Numbered from the stretch's first letter, positions 25,598 to 36,953 are shown. The stretch is 64,000 bases of DNA from an uncultured delta proteobacterium (GCA_963804955.1 CAWDSQ010000020.1:160001-224000); one strand, 5' to 3'. Numbers and translations: made by a program. The notes: generated by a model from the sequence alone, not told the origin.

Positions 25598-26331
25598 GAT
25601 TCTTTACCCTGCAGGACAGTTAATGTTTTTTCGGCAGCATCCTGCTCCGATGCCTTTTTACTGCCGCCCTGCCCTTTTTCATAGGCGCAATTTCCTATAA
25701 TGACCTGCGACTCAAAATATTTTCCGTGATCAGGTCCGTCTTCCATCGTCACCACATACCGTGGAACGGCATTGAACGACCGCTGCGCAAATTCCTGGAG
25801 CCTGCTTTTAAAATCACGAAAGTAGCCTTTTTGAACGACTTCATCAAGCAGCGCCGAACAATGCCTTTCGATAAGGCTGAAGACTGTTGCAAAATTGCTA
25901 TCATAATAAATTGCGGCAATGAGCGCTTCATACACATTGGCCAATATGGATTTTTTTTCGCGGCCTCCGCATTCATTCTCTCCTTTGCTTAAAAAAATGC
26001 ATATACCGAGGCAAAATGAACGGGCAAGGCCGGCCAGCACATCTTCATTGACTATGGCGGCCCGCATATTTGAAAGTTTGCCTTCTGAGCAGTTTTTTGC
26101 CCGTTCCATAAGAATATGGCTGACAATAAGCCCCAAAACTGCATCACCGATAAACTCCAGACGCTCATTACCCCATGTATTTACAAGCTGCATTTCATTG
26201 GCATATGATTTGTGCGTTAAAGCCTCCAGCAAAAGCTCTCTGTTTTTGAACTGATAACCAAGGTCATTTTGAAGCTGCTGCAGGTTTATTTCTTCCTGAG
26301 GCTGTATATTCCGCATGTTTTCACTTTGCAT
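25594..26331 (-). CDS. rnc: Ribonuclease III
   Basis: NERLEFIGDAVL signature plus C-terminal dsRBD. Confidence 0.98.
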   Translation of the reverse strand: MQSENMRNIQPQEEINLQQLQNDLGYQFKNRELLLEALTHKSYANEMQLVNTWGNERLEFIGDAVLGLIVSHILMERAKNCSEGKLSNMRAAIVNEDVLAGLARSFCLGICIFLSKGENECGGREKKSILANVYEALIAAIYYDSNFATVFSLIERHCSALLDEVVQKGYFRDFKSRLQEFAQRSFNAVPRYVVTMEDGPDHGKYFESQVIIGNCAYEKGQGGSKKASEQDAAEKTLTVLQGKES

Positions 26332-26500
26332 TGAGAATCACGGGCTGTAAAATTAATTTGACTTTTTATAGTATCAAAACTTATGCTTAAAAACAATGGA
26401 TGATTAATCAGGAGGTTTTTTTCGGAAATTTCTATTGCATATTCACTATAAATAAGTAAACTTTAAAAACACTTAAACACTTATATATAATGGAGCTATT

Positions 26501-27538
26501 ATGGATGCATCTGAACTGCTCATATTTGCTGTTAACCAAAAAGCCTCTGATCTGCATTTAAGCGCCGGAGAGCCGCCCATGCTGCGCATTCATGGCGAAC
26601 TGCGCAAGTTGGAGACACCGGCCCTGACAGCCGAACAGGTGCATAAGCTGATATATGACATACTCAATGACAGGCAGCGCAAAACCCTTGAGGAAACAAA
26701 AGAGCTGGATTTTTCTATTGCCCTGGGTGAATATGGCAGATTTCGCGTCAACTGTTTTTTTCAGCAGCGTGGCGGTGCGGCTGTTTTCCGGTCGATTCCG
26801 AGCAAAATACATACATTTGAAGAACTCAATCTTCCCCGGGTCTGCCGCCAGATTGCGAAGAACCGCAGGGGCCTTGTACTTGTAACCGGCCCCACGGGCA
26901 GCGGAAAATCGACAACGCTTGCAGCTATCATCAATCATATAAATAATGATCGCAAAGAGCATATCATTACTATTGAAGACCCTATCGAATTTATCCACAC
27001 ATCGATCAATTGTTTGATAAATCAGCGAGAACTGCTGGCCCATACCCACAGCTTTGCCAATGCGCTCAGAAGCGCGCTTCGTGAAGATCCTGATGTTATT
27101 CTTGTTGGTGAAATGCGCGATCTTGAAACAATCCAGCTGGCCCTTACCGCTGCTGAAACCGGCCATCTGGTTTTTGCGACACTGCATACAACCGGCGCTG
27201 CTAAAACAATAGATCGTATTATTGACGTTTTCCCCACAGATCAGCAGGAACAGGTACGGACGCAGTTTTCCGAATCCCTGCAAGCTGTTATTTCCCAGCG
27301 GCTGTTCAAGCGCCGTGACGGCACGGGGCGTATTGCAGCAGTCGAAGTCATGATCGGAACGACCGCCATTAGAAATCTCATTCGTGAAAGCAAAATATCT
27401 CAGATACCCTCAGTTATGCAGACTGGCCAGAAATTCGGCATGCAGACAATGGACGCTGCGCTGAAGGACCTGATCAGCCGTAAAATCATTTCCCCCGAAG
27501 AGGCAGAAGGCATACTGGATGAAACGCTTATTTCCTAA
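26501..27538 (+). CDS. pilT: Type IV pilus retraction ATPase PilT
   Basis: GPTGSGKST, TIEDPIE, LREDPD, AIRNLIRE. Confidence 0.97.
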   Translation: MDASELLIFAVNQKASDLHLSAGEPPMLRIHGELRKLETPALTAEQVHKLIYDILNDRQRKTLEETKELDFSIALGEYGRFRVNCFFQQRGGAAVFRSIPSKIHTFEELNLPRVCRQIAKNRRGLVLVTGPTGSGKSTTLAAIINHINNDRKEHIITIEDPIEFIHTSINCLINQRELLAHTHSFANALRSALREDPDVILVGEMRDLETIQLALTAAETGHLVFATLHTTGAAKTIDRIIDVFPTDQQEQVRTQFSESLQAVISQRLFKRRDGTGRIAAVEVMIGTTAIRNLIRESKISQIPSVMQTGQKFGMQTMDAALKDLISRKIISPEEAEGILDETLIS

Positions 27539-27660
27539 TCAATGCCTGAACGAGCTATCTTTATGTATCGATTGGATTAAGCAATGCGTCTGAAATCCCG
27601 GCAAATTCTTGATTGAGTTTTTTTGTTTAGCAACCAAGTACCATATCAGGGGATCTTTAC

Positions 27661-28800
27661 ATGACAATCAAAGAATTATTGATAATTATGGATAAAGTGA
27701 AGGCATCCGATCTGTATCTGACGGTTGATGCTCCGCCCATGTTCAGGATCGAAGGGCTTACCCGGCCCTATGGCGATTCAAAACTCGCGTCACATCAAAC
27801 AGAGGATATAGCCCAATCGCTTTTGACCGAGAGGCAAAAGGCGATTTTTTCTGAAACACTGGAAATGAATTTAGGCCTGTATTACCCGGAACTCGGACGT
27901 TTTCGAGTAAATATCTTTCGTCAGAAAAGCTTTGTCGGCCTTGTTTTCAGGCGGATCAAGCTTGAAATAGACACGCTTGATGATCTGCGCTTGCCGCCAG
28001 TATTGAAAGATATCTGCCTGACCAAGCGAGGTCTCGTGCTGATCGTGGGAGGTACCGGTACCGGTAAATCAACCACCCTTGCCGCCATGATTGAGCACCG
28101 GAGCAGCATGACAACAGGGCATATCGTTACGGTTGAAGATCCTATTGAGTTTCTCTATCCGCACCGCAAATGCATTGTCAGTCAACGTGAAATCGGGATT
28201 GACACATACAGCTATGCTGAAGCTCTAAAAAACACGCTGCGTCAGGCCCCTGATGTCATATTGATCGGAGAAATACGCGACAGGGAAACAATGGAATCAG
28301 CTATAACCTTTTCTGAAACCGGCCATTTATGCCTGTCAACCCTGCATGCCAATAATGCCAATCAGGCCATAGAGCGCATTATGAATTTTTTTCCTCCTGA
28401 AAAACATGCGCAGTTATATTTTCAGCTTTCACTGAACATGCGCGCATTCATTTCACAGCGGCTTATTCCAACTGTTGAGGGTAAACGGGTTGCCGCAATG
28501 GAGATCCTTATTGATACGCCCCGTGTCAAGGATTTGATTATGAAAAGAAAAATCGATGTGCTCAAAGAAGCAATGCAGGAATCGCCGGCCGAGGGAATGC
28601 AGACTTTTGATAAGTCTTTGTTCGACCTTTTTAAAGAAGGGAAAATTTCATACGAGAACGCCATTGCCTATGCAGACAGCGCAAATGACCTGCGCCTGCG
28701 CATTAAAATTGATGATGTTCAGGATAAAAGCACGCAGCCGGCTGATAAATCTAAACAAAACAACCCCACTGATGACGATAATTCCCTGAGACTGAAATAG
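27661..28800 (+). CDS. pilU: PilU-type retraction ATPase
   Basis: GGTGTGKST, LRQAPDVILIGEIRD, TLHANNANQ, ADSANDLRL. Confidence 0.93.
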   Translation: MTIKELLIIMDKVKASDLYLTVDAPPMFRIEGLTRPYGDSKLASHQTEDIAQSLLTERQKAIFSETLEMNLGLYYPELGRFRVNIFRQKSFVGLVFRRIKLEIDTLDDLRLPPVLKDICLTKRGLVLIVGGTGTGKSTTLAAMIEHRSSMTTGHIVTVEDPIEFLYPHRKCIVSQREIGIDTYSYAEALKNTLRQAPDVILIGEIRDRETMESAITFSETGHLCLSTLHANNANQAIERIMNFFPPEKHAQLYFQLSLNMRAFISQRLIPTVEGKRVAAMEILIDTPRVKDLIMKRKIDVLKEAMQESPAEGMQTFDKSLFDLFKEGKISYENAIAYADSANDLRLRIKIDDVQDKSTQPADKSKQNNPTDDDNSLRLK

Positions 28801-28948
28801 CCGCCACCAGCATAAAAACAGCACCGTCACTATCAGCACAGGTATGTACTTCGCCATGCTGCATGGGCGTTGGCGCTTGATCGGCCTTGCAGGCATGGCA
28901 ATCAGGCAGATACTACTTGCGAAAATTTAATGCCGCTACTGGACTATC

Positions 28949-30187
28949 ATGACACAGCTTTTCATATTTTTTAAAATTGTGATGTATTCGATGCAGCGAT
29001 TCTATACGGAAAAGCGCCTGCTCTGGGCCGCATCTCTGACCTATACAACCATATTTTCCCTGATCCCCTTGTTAAGCGTTCTGTTTTTTGTTTTTAATGT
29101 CTTCGGCAGCCTTGCTGATATTAAAAACATGGTTCAGCCCTATATTTATAAGACGCTTGCACCCTGGGCGCAGGAAAAGGTCATAACCATTCTCAATGAC
29201 CTGGTCAACAATATCGATTTCAGCACCATTGGTATTTTTAGCGCATCGCTTCTTATCGTTTCGGTTTTTCTGCTCCTGTTTGAAATAGAATATGTACTGA
29301 ATGAAATATGGCTGATTCAAAAAAAACCTTCCACCCTTTCCCGTGCCGCAATTTATTGGGCTCTGCTTACCATAGGGCCTGTTTTAATTGCATTGTCTCT
29401 TTTTATATTCGTTAACCTGCAGGCCTATATTCCTTTAAAAATTATTGAGGCTTATGTCAGCGTCTACGGCATCACGCTGCTGTCCTCTATACTAATCTGG
29501 AGCGCATTTACAACCATCTATTTCCTGATGCCGGGCACACCGGTCAGTTTTTCATCTGCAGTATTTGGCGGTGTATGTGCTGCAACGCTGTGGAAAATTT
29601 CAGGCATTGCATTTTCAATGTACACATCGCATTTCTTTTTCTATTATCCTAAAATTTTCGGGTCCCTCGCAGCAATTCCCCTGTTCCTTTTATGGATATT
29701 TTTATGCTGGATACTTTTTCTATTCGGCGCAGAATTGACCTTCATGCATCAAAACCGCCGCTTCTATGCCAACTCATATAAAGCTCCTGTGCTGCAGGGC
29801 TTCACGAGAGAGCTGTATACACTGGTTGTTTTTCTTTTTATTGTTAAAGATTTTTTTAAACAGGCAAAGCCCGTATCTCTTAAAAAAATTGCTATCGAAC
29901 TGAAAATTCCTCCCCATATCGTGCAGGAATTGATCGAGTCGATGATTATTCACGGAATGCTTATAGAATCGATAAAACCTAAAAGCTGCTTTATACCCGC
30001 CAAACCACTTGCCAAAATACGGCTTGCCGACATGCGCTCAATCATTCATCATGCGGCAACTGTTCAGGAAGCAGCTCCTGCTGAAATCAATGATCCGCTA
30101 TTTAAGGCTGCCGGTCTTATTCTCTTCGGATCCGGGACGGATACGGATATGAAAACCATGGATACAATAATTCCGATGCTGTCATAA
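28949..30187 (+). CDS. YihY/BrkB family membrane protein with C-terminal winged-helix extension
   Basis: AASLTYTTIFSLIP, multiple TM segments, FGSLAAIPLFLLW, FGAE. Confidence 0.9.
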   Translation: MTQLFIFFKIVMYSMQRFYTEKRLLWAASLTYTTIFSLIPLLSVLFFVFNVFGSLADIKNMVQPYIYKTLAPWAQEKVITILNDLVNNIDFSTIGIFSASLLIVSVFLLLFEIEYVLNEIWLIQKKPSTLSRAAIYWALLTIGPVLIALSLFIFVNLQAYIPLKIIEAYVSVYGITLLSSILIWSAFTTIYFLMPGTPVSFSSAVFGGVCAATLWKISGIAFSMYTSHFFFYYPKIFGSLAAIPLFLLWIFLCWILFLFGAELTFMHQNRRFYANSYKAPVLQGFTRELYTLVVFLFIVKDFFKQAKPVSLKKIAIELKIPPHIVQELIESMIIHGMLIESIKPKSCFIPAKPLAKIRLADMRSIIHHAATVQEAAPAEINDPLFKAAGLILFGSGTDTDMKTMDTIIPMLS

Positions 30188-30215
30188 CCAGCCGCGGCAT
30201 ATGAAAGGACTGCTC

Positions 30216-31214
30216 ATGCCTTCTATTGAATCAAAAAAAATCTATGTGTCTGAGATAACTGAAAACACACAGGTGGAAGGACTGTTTTTGGTAAAAGATA
30301 AAAACAATGGCATGACTAAAAACGGCAAGCAATATATTGCTCTCAACCTTACCGATAAAACAGGTGAAGTTAAGGCCCGTATATGGGACAATGCCGAAAA
30401 ACTCGGCGCGCGATTTTCTCAGGGCGATTGTGTAACCTTGAAAGCGTTTTCAGTTATGTATCAGGGAACACTCCAGCTAAATATCGCCAGCATTGAAAAA
30501 TTTCCGTCCACTGAAGAACTGCTCAGGGAACTGCTGCCGGCCTCTAAAAGTAATTCTGATGAGCTTTTTGCAGAACTGCTCCGCATCTGCCGTAGTTTTT
30601 CTAACCCGCATCTGAGCAGACTGCTGGAACTTATTTTCAGCAGGGATGATATCGTAACAGCATTTAAAGCCGCACCTGCTGCAAAAAGCATTCATCATGA
30701 CTACCTGGGGGGGCTCATTGAACACACAGCAAATGTTACACGGCTTGCACGTACGGTTGCCCCCCTGTACCCCAACCTTAATACAGAACTGCTTCTGACA
30801 GGCGCTATACTGCATGATATCGGGAAAATATATGAACTCGCCTATGAAAAAAATTTTTCCTATACCGATAAAGGCCGTCTGATAGGCCATATAACACTCG
30901 GTGTCGATATTGTTACTGATGCCATAAAGCAGCTATCTGAATTTCCCGAGGATCTTGCTCTTGTTGTTCGGCACCTTTTGCTTAGTCATCACGGCCAATA
31001 TGAATTCGGATCACCTAAAAGGCCTAAAACCCCAGAGGCACTGCTGTTGAGCTATCTTGATGACCTTGATGCGAAAATGTTCGTATGTAATGAACTGATA
31101 AAGAAAGAAAAGAATTCAGAGACAAAATGGACCAGTTACAATAAGCTTTTTGACCGTTATCTGTACACTGATACCTTTATCGAGACGGAAAAGCAGACAG
31201 GCAGTGAGGATTGA
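30216..31214 (+). CDS. yhaM: YhaM-like 3'-5' exoribonuclease (OB fold plus HD domain)
   Basis: L.DKTG...IWD OB fold; PAAKSIHH, LHDIGK, SHHG; alternative start 30201. Confidence 0.9.
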   Translation: MPSIESKKIYVSEITENTQVEGLFLVKDKNNGMTKNGKQYIALNLTDKTGEVKARIWDNAEKLGARFSQGDCVTLKAFSVMYQGTLQLNIASIEKFPSTEELLRELLPASKSNSDELFAELLRICRSFSNPHLSRLLELIFSRDDIVTAFKAAPAAKSIHHDYLGGLIEHTANVTRLARTVAPLYPNLNTELLLTGAILHDIGKIYELAYEKNFSYTDKGRLIGHITLGVDIVTDAIKQLSEFPEDLALVVRHLLLSHHGQYEFGSPKRPKTPEALLLSYLDDLDAKMFVCNELIKKEKNSETKWTSYNKLFDRYLYTDTFIETEKQTGSED

Positions 31215-31336
31215 TGCGCACGCGGAGGCCGGTGATTATAAAGCTGCTCAGGTGCAACCATACGCACAGCCGGGGTATATGCTGAAATAGCTGAAGAATG
31301 ATCCAACAGTTTATGACGAGCGGCACATGATGCGGG

Positions 31337-31792
31337 CTAGAGTTCCAAAATCAAAGCCTCTTCATCACAATCCGGAAATTTAACGCATTTGATGCAGTCA
31401 CCCCATACCTTATGGGGTAAAACCGATTTGTCAACCAGGCTAAAACCCAGTTTTTCAAAAAAAGCCGGTACATAGGTCAAGACGAATAATTTTTTCAATC
31501 CAAGGTCCCGTGATTCCTTAATGCAGGTTTCTACCATTTTCCGGCCCAGATCTCTTCCGTGGTAATCTTCACGGACAGCAAGAGAACGTATCTCTGCAAT
31601 ATCCTCCCAACATATGCGCAGGCTGCATGTACCGACGACAGCACGGGTCTCATCATCTTCGACAATGATGAAATCTCTGAGCTGGGCATACAAATCGCTC
31701 AGAGATCTGCCGAGAAGCAAGCCCCTGGCAGCATAGTGCGTCAGAATGCCGTGCATTGACCGTACATCATTAATACAGGCTTTGCGTATCAT
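31337..31792 (-). CDS. GNAT N-acetyltransferase (short ArgA-like family)
   Basis: AEIRSLAV, LPHKVWGDCIKC.KFP.CDE; start overlaps the recN stop. Confidence 0.85.
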   Translation of the reverse strand: MIRKACINDVRSMHGILTHYAARGLLLGRSLSDLYAQLRDFIIVEDDETRAVVGTCSLRICWEDIAEIRSLAVREDYHGRDLGRKMVETCIKESRDLGLKKLFVLTYVPAFFEKLGFSLVDKSVLPHKVWGDCIKCVKFPDCDEEALILEL

Positions 31793-33516
31793 GAGTGACC
31801 TCGCATTCCTACTGACTGCTGCGCAACAGACAGCATCTCATGTGCATGTTTGCGCGTTGCTTCAGAAATTTTCATGCCGCCGAGCATTCGTGACAGTTCG
31901 CTGACCCTGCCATCGCCATCAAGCTGCACAACGCTGGTGACCGTTCGTCCGTTTTTGGCACATTTCTGGACGCTTAAGTGCTGGGAGCCGAAACAGGCAA
32001 TTTGCGGTAGATGGGTAATGCACAGCACCTGATGGGATGCCGATATTTCCTTGAGCTTTATGCCGACCGATTCAGCAACTGCACCGCCAATGCCTGCATC
32101 GACCTCATCGAAAAGCAGTGTCGGGACTTTATAGTTGGCGGCTATTATTTTCTTTAAAGCAAGCACAATACGGGATATTTCACCTCCTGAAGCAATGCGC
32201 GACAGCGGTTTTGGATCTTCGCCCTGATTGGGTGAGATAAAAAATTCAACCGTATCCATGCCCAGGGGCATGAGTCCGGCACAGGCATTGTCTGGATGAT
32301 CAGCCTTCGGACGCACAGCATTTTTAATTTGGACAGTAAAAGAAACTTTTTTCATGCCGATTGAAGCCAGCTCGGCCTCAACCTTTTTTCTGAGAGTCTG
32401 TGATGCCTTAGCGCGCGCAGCTGAAAGCTCTGCGGCAAGAATCCATAGTTGATCGGAATGACGGAGCAGTTCGCGGCTCAGTTCATCCATGCGATTGCTG
32501 CTTTCGTCAATGCTCTCAAGTTCTATGCGGATTTCATCAAGATAGAGAATAATTTCCGGAATTGTTTTGGCGTATTTCTTTTTCAGCCGATACAGCTCAT
32601 CAAGCCTTGTTTCAATTTGATCGAGCCGGGCCGGGTCCATGGTGATTTTATCGGCATAGCCGCGAAGCGACAATGCCGTGTCTTCGATGCCCAGAAGATT
32701 TGATTCAAGCGCATCGTAGGTAGCTGTCAGAGAAGGATCGATTGCAGCTGCTTCCCGAAGTTCATGGGAAAGTCTCTTGAGCATGCCAAGGCAGGATTGC
32801 TGATCTTCGTAAAGCGCAGTATAGACGCCGTAGGTCTTCTCATACAGCATTTGCGCACTTGCAACGATTGTGCGCTCCTGCACAAGTGATTCTTCCTCAG
32901 CAGACGACAGCTGCGCACGGCTGATTTCATCATGCTGAAATGCCATAAGCTCCCTGCGCCGTTCAGCTGTCTGGCGATGCATGGTGAGCGAATGCAGCTC
33001 AGCAGCAAGAGTCTGATACCGCATATACTCCTGCTGGTATCGAGCTCTCAGGGGCAACAGACCACCATAGGCGTCAAGCAGATCAATATGCTTTTCTGCC
33101 TGCAGAAGAAGCTGCTGGGAATATTGTCCGGAAATATCAACGAGCATTCCCGAAAGCTGGGTGAGCATCTGTATCGTCGCGAGGCGTTCGCCTATCATGA
33201 TGCGGTTTTTGCCGGTCCGGGTGATGATGCGGCGGATCAGCAGCTGATCTCCGGCCGGATCGAGTTCATATGAGGCGAGCATGTCCCGCAGTTCCGGACT
33301 ATACGTAATGTCGAACATTGCCTCCACGACAGCTTCATCGCTGCCTGATCGAATCATATCTGCAGACGCTCTGCCGCCCATGAGCAGGGACAGCGCACCG
33401 ACCAGTATTGATTTGCCAGCACCTGTCTCGCCGGTAATCATGGTGAGTCCAGCGGCAAATGAAACGTGGAGTGATTCAATTATGGCAAAATCTTTTATAA
33501 AAAGATCCAGAAGCAT
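31789..33516 (-). CDS. recN: DNA repair protein RecN
   Basis: TGETGAGKS, coiled coil, ASGGE, FDEVDAGIGG, ITHLPQ. Confidence 0.98.
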   Translation of the reverse strand: MLLDLFIKDFAIIESLHVSFAAGLTMITGETGAGKSILVGALSLLMGGRASADMIRSGSDEAVVEAMFDITYSPELRDMLASYELDPAGDQLLIRRIITRTGKNRIMIGERLATIQMLTQLSGMLVDISGQYSQQLLLQAEKHIDLLDAYGGLLPLRARYQQEYMRYQTLAAELHSLTMHRQTAERRRELMAFQHDEISRAQLSSAEEESLVQERTIVASAQMLYEKTYGVYTALYEDQQSCLGMLKRLSHELREAAAIDPSLTATYDALESNLLGIEDTALSLRGYADKITMDPARLDQIETRLDELYRLKKKYAKTIPEIILYLDEIRIELESIDESSNRMDELSRELLRHSDQLWILAAELSAARAKASQTLRKKVEAELASIGMKKVSFTVQIKNAVRPKADHPDNACAGLMPLGMDTVEFFISPNQGEDPKPLSRIASGGEISRIVLALKKIIAANYKVPTLLFDEVDAGIGGAVAESVGIKLKEISASHQVLCITHLPQIACFGSQHLSVQKCAKNGRTVTSVVQLDGDGRVSELSRMLGGMKISEATRKHAHEMLSVAQQSVGMRGHS

Positions 33517-33526
33517 ACTAGTCCCG

Positions 33527-34381
33527 CTAACGTTCTCCCCATTTAAGTTTCTTTTTAAGTATTTCAAAATAACTGCGAAAAGGAGTTTTTACAAGAGAAA
33601 GCGTTTTTTCCGATTTGCGTACGATGACCCGGTCATGCCTCTCGATGCGTACTCCTACCTGACCGTCAACAGTGAGGAAAACATCTTCGCTTTCAGACAT
33701 AAGCTCAATCCTGATAATGCTCTCATCCGAAATAATCAACGGTCTATTTGTCAACGTATGCGGGCAAATAGGCGTAATGCTGAACAGATTAAGAGATGGA
33801 TAGACTATTGGTCCGCCGGCAGACAGCGAGTATCCTGTAGACCCCGTTGGCGTACAGATAATAAGGCCGTCTGCTTTGAAGCGGTTAAGATAGAGATCAT
33901 TTACATAGGTATCAAGATCCATCATGCGCGCGAGTGCGCCCTTATTCACTACGACGTCATTGAGGGCCTGAAAAGTCGGGCCCCGCTCATCGCCATTTTT
34001 AATGAGCGTGGCTTCAAGCATCATGCGTTTATCTAAAGAATAGTCACTCGCCAGGACTTTATCAAGGACTGCGGGTATCTCATCAGCGCCGATTTCAGTC
34101 AGAAACCCCAGGCTGCCAAGATTGACAGCAAGCACAGGAACCATTTCTATTTGATCGAATCGAGCGACACTCAGAAGCGTTCCATCGCCACCAAATACTA
34201 TGATTAAATCAACCTGTTGCGGCATCAATTCCGGCGGAACAAGCTGGCACCTCTGATCAATATGCGGGAGGTTTTGGTCAATGAGTACGTCATATCCCTG
34301 CCCGGCCAAATGATCAACTACTTGTCGAATGAGATCAAGCGCCTCAATGCGTTTTTTTGCTATGATCCCTATATGTTTCAT
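33527..34381 (-). CDS. nadK: NAD kinase
   Basis: GGDGT, LGFL, TPTGSTGYSLSAGGP; nadK-recN order. Confidence 0.98.
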   Translation of the reverse strand: MKHIGIIAKKRIEALDLIRQVVDHLAGQGYDVLIDQNLPHIDQRCQLVPPELMPQQVDLIIVFGGDGTLLSVARFDQIEMVPVLAVNLGSLGFLTEIGADEIPAVLDKVLASDYSLDKRMMLEATLIKNGDERGPTFQALNDVVVNKGALARMMDLDTYVNDLYLNRFKADGLIICTPTGSTGYSLSAGGPIVYPSLNLFSITPICPHTLTNRPLIISDESIIRIELMSESEDVFLTVDGQVGVRIERHDRVIVRKSEKTLSLVKTPFRSYFEILKKKLKWGER

Positions 34382-34523
34382 GGGCCCGCTGAAGTGCTAT
34401 TTACTATGTCTGGTAAGATTTTTTAACATGATTGACATACACTGTCTATTTAATAATAACTTTGCGCCCGTCCTGAGTCTTTACTGCATCGAGTGAAATT
34501 CATAAGGTTTTTAAAATAATTAC

Positions 34524-34553
34524 TTGACTGGGCACGCATTTTTTATGTAGATT
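34524..34553 (+). promoter_or_regulatory. Putative sigma70 promoter for the nucleotide-sugar genes
   Basis: TTGACT-N18-TAGATT upstream of AAGGAGG RBS and ATG 34590. Confidence 0.4.
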
Positions 34554-34589
34554 GATTTGTTCAAATTTACAATTTACAAGGAGGATTAC

Positions 34590-35609
34590 ATGAAGCTGCT
34601 TGTCACCGGCGGGGCTGGTTTTATCGGTTCGAATTTTATACGGTATATGCTCGAAAAATATGCTGATTATGAAATTGTCAATCTTGACATTCTTACCTAT
34701 GCGGGCAATCTTGAAAACCTGAGCGACGTTGAGACCGGAATCGGCAAAGGCCGTTACCGTTTTATCAGGGGGAATATTGCTGACGTTCAGTGTATCGACG
34801 GCATATTGCGCCAGGGGATTGACGCAATAATTAATTTTGCAGCTGAATCCCATGTGGACAGAAGTATCGATAATGCCCGCATCTTTCTGGAGACCAATGT
34901 TCTGGGCACTCAAGCGCTTCTGGACGCTGCACTGCGGCATAAGGTCAAGCGATACATGCAGATATCAACAGATGAAGTATACGGCTCTCTCGGACCCACA
35001 GGATTTTTTTCCGAATCCACACCTATTTCTCCCAACAGCCCGTATTCAGCAAGCAAGGCAGGAGCCGATCTGCTGGTGCGTGCATATTTTGAAACATTCG
35101 GTCTTCCGGTGCTCACAACGCGATGTTCCAATAACTACGGACCCTATCAGTTTCCTGAAAAACTGATTCCTTTGTTTATTACCAACGCCCTGGCCGATAA
35201 ACCGCTGCCCCTCTACGGCGACGGACTCAATGTTCGGGACTGGATTTATGTTGAAGACCACTGCTCGGGAATCGATTCTGTGCTGCACAGAGGCCGCTTT
35301 GGTGAAGTCTATAATATCGGGGGTAATTGCGAAAAAACGAATACGGAAATCACCGGTACAATTCTTAAGGCCCTTTCAAAGCCTGCCACCCTGATTCAGC
35401 ATGTGAAGGACCGTCCGGGCCACGATCGCCGGTATGCCATAGACTGCTCGAAAATCAACTCCGAGCTGGGCTGGTCACAGCGCTATGATTTTGCTGCCGG
35501 CATGCAAAAAACCATTGAGTGGTATCTTGCCAATAAGCCCTGGTGGCAGCGCATAAAAACCGGAGAATACCTTGATTTTTACAAACGCTGGTATGTTGAT
35601 CGTCAGTAA
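34590..35609 (+). CDS. rfbB: dTDP-glucose 4,6-dehydratase
   Basis: TGGAGFIG, AAESHVDRSI, STDEVYG, YSASK, RPGHDRRY. Confidence 0.97.
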   Translation: MKLLVTGGAGFIGSNFIRYMLEKYADYEIVNLDILTYAGNLENLSDVETGIGKGRYRFIRGNIADVQCIDGILRQGIDAIINFAAESHVDRSIDNARIFLETNVLGTQALLDAALRHKVKRYMQISTDEVYGSLGPTGFFSESTPISPNSPYSASKAGADLLVRAYFETFGLPVLTTRCSNNYGPYQFPEKLIPLFITNALADKPLPLYGDGLNVRDWIYVEDHCSGIDSVLHRGRFGEVYNIGGNCEKTNTEITGTILKALSKPATLIQHVKDRPGHDRRYAIDCSKINSELGWSQRYDFAAGMQKTIEWYLANKPWWQRIKTGEYLDFYKRWYVDRQ

Positions 35610-35675
35610 ATTTCCAGTAATAAAATCACCAATCATGCATCTAAACCCTTCTCAATTTCTAGAAAGACCTTAGCC

Positions 35676-36617
35676 ATGATTCACACACTTGTTACCGGAG
35701 GCGCCGGTTTTCTTGGCAGCCACCTGTCAGACCGTTTGCTCAAGGAAGGGCATTTTGTTATCTGCATGGATAACCTCATTACCGGGAATATGGACAATAT
35801 TGCCCATCTTATTGGCCACGAGCGATTCAAATTTATAAAGCATGATGTGACTGAGTATATGTATGTTGAAGGCCGTGTTGACAATATACTTCATTTTGCC
35901 TCACCAGCAAGTCCCATAGACTATCTACAACTACCGATACAGACCCTGAAGGTCGGCTCTCTGGGAACGCATAAAGCACTGGGCCTGGCAAAAGCAAAAA
36001 AATCCCGCTTTCTGCTGGCATCAACTTCGGAGTGCTATGGAGATCCTCTTATTCACCCGCAGCCTGAGACCTACTTCGGCAATGTCAATCCCATTGGCCC
36101 TCGTGGCGTTTATGATGAGGCTAAACGTTTTGCAGAGGCTATGACAATGGCCTATCACCGCTATCACGGCGTAGATACAAAAATTGTCCGCATTTTTAAT
36201 ACCTATGGACCGCGCATGCGTTTAAATGACGGCCGTGTTGTTCCCGCCTTCATGTCACAGGCATTGAAAAATGAGGATTTAACCATTTTCGGCGATGGTC
36301 AGCAGACACGCAGCTTCTGTTTTGTCTCCGATCTTGTTGATGGCATTTACCGGCTTCTTATATCTGACAATGAGCATGAGCCGGTCAATATCGGTAATCC
36401 CCATGAAATGACTATTCTGGAGTTTGCGCAGGAAGTGCAAAAAATTGCCGGCATTAATCTCAGTATACGCCATTTGCCCCTGCCCCAGGATGATCCGAAA
36501 GTACGCCAGCCTGACATAACCAAAGCGCAAAAATTTCTGGGATGGGAGCCGAAAGTCGGGTTTGAAGAAGGATTTAAGGCGACCTATGCATACTTCAAAA
36601 ATAAACTCGGGCTCTAA
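35676..36617 (+). CDS. UDP-glucuronate decarboxylase family SDR
   Basis: [38 protein letters not shown]. Confidence 0.9.
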   Translation: MIHTLVTGGAGFLGSHLSDRLLKEGHFVICMDNLITGNMDNIAHLIGHERFKFIKHDVTEYMYVEGRVDNILHFASPASPIDYLQLPIQTLKVGSLGTHKALGLAKAKKSRFLLASTSECYGDPLIHPQPETYFGNVNPIGPRGVYDEAKRFAEAMTMAYHRYHGVDTKIVRIFNTYGPRMRLNDGRVVPAFMSQALKNEDLTIFGDGQQTRSFCFVSDLVDGIYRLLISDNEHEPVNIGNPHEMTILEFAQEVQKIAGINLSIRHLPLPQDDPKVRQPDITKAQKFLGWEPKVGFEEGFKATYAYFKNKLGL

Positions 36618-36832
36618 GCTGCATACATTTTGTCAATAAGCATGAAATTCTGTTCGAGGCCCAGACGCCTTCAGCCGATTTAAAAACACTGATTCTAAAA
36701 AATAGAGACCAAACAAAAAAATGCAGCTGAGATGCCTCCATATATGGAGCCTCATCAGCAATAATTTCAAAACAGCCTGTTTTTACTGGACAAAAACAGA
36801 ACAATAGTGTAACAAATACACAACAGTGCATT

Positions 36833-36910
36833 CGGGGAGTAGCGCAGCCTGGTTAGCGCGCATGCTTCGGGAGCATGAGGCCGCGGGTTCGAATCCCGCC
36901 TTCCCGACCA
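36833..36910 (+). tRNA. tRNA-Pro(CGG)
   Basis: Cloverleaf: acceptor CGGGGAG/CTTCCCG, anticodon arm CATGC-TTCGGGA-GCATG, GGTTCGAATCC T-arm, encoded CCA. Confidence 0.98.
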
Positions 36911-36923
36911 CTATGATATCAGG

Positions 36924-36953
36924 AGAGCCGGTTCGGTTTGGACCGGCTCTTTT
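36924..36953 (+). terminator. Rho-independent terminator after tRNA-Pro
   Basis: AGAGCCGGT...ACCGGCTCT stem followed by TTT. Confidence 0.75.

Noticed and set aside
28648..28899. Minus-strand hydrophobic ORF and hairpin after pilU (possible type I toxin)
   Set aside because: Overlaps the pilU 3' end, no clear RBS; the hairpin at 28853-28899 is adequately explained as a 3' UTR structure
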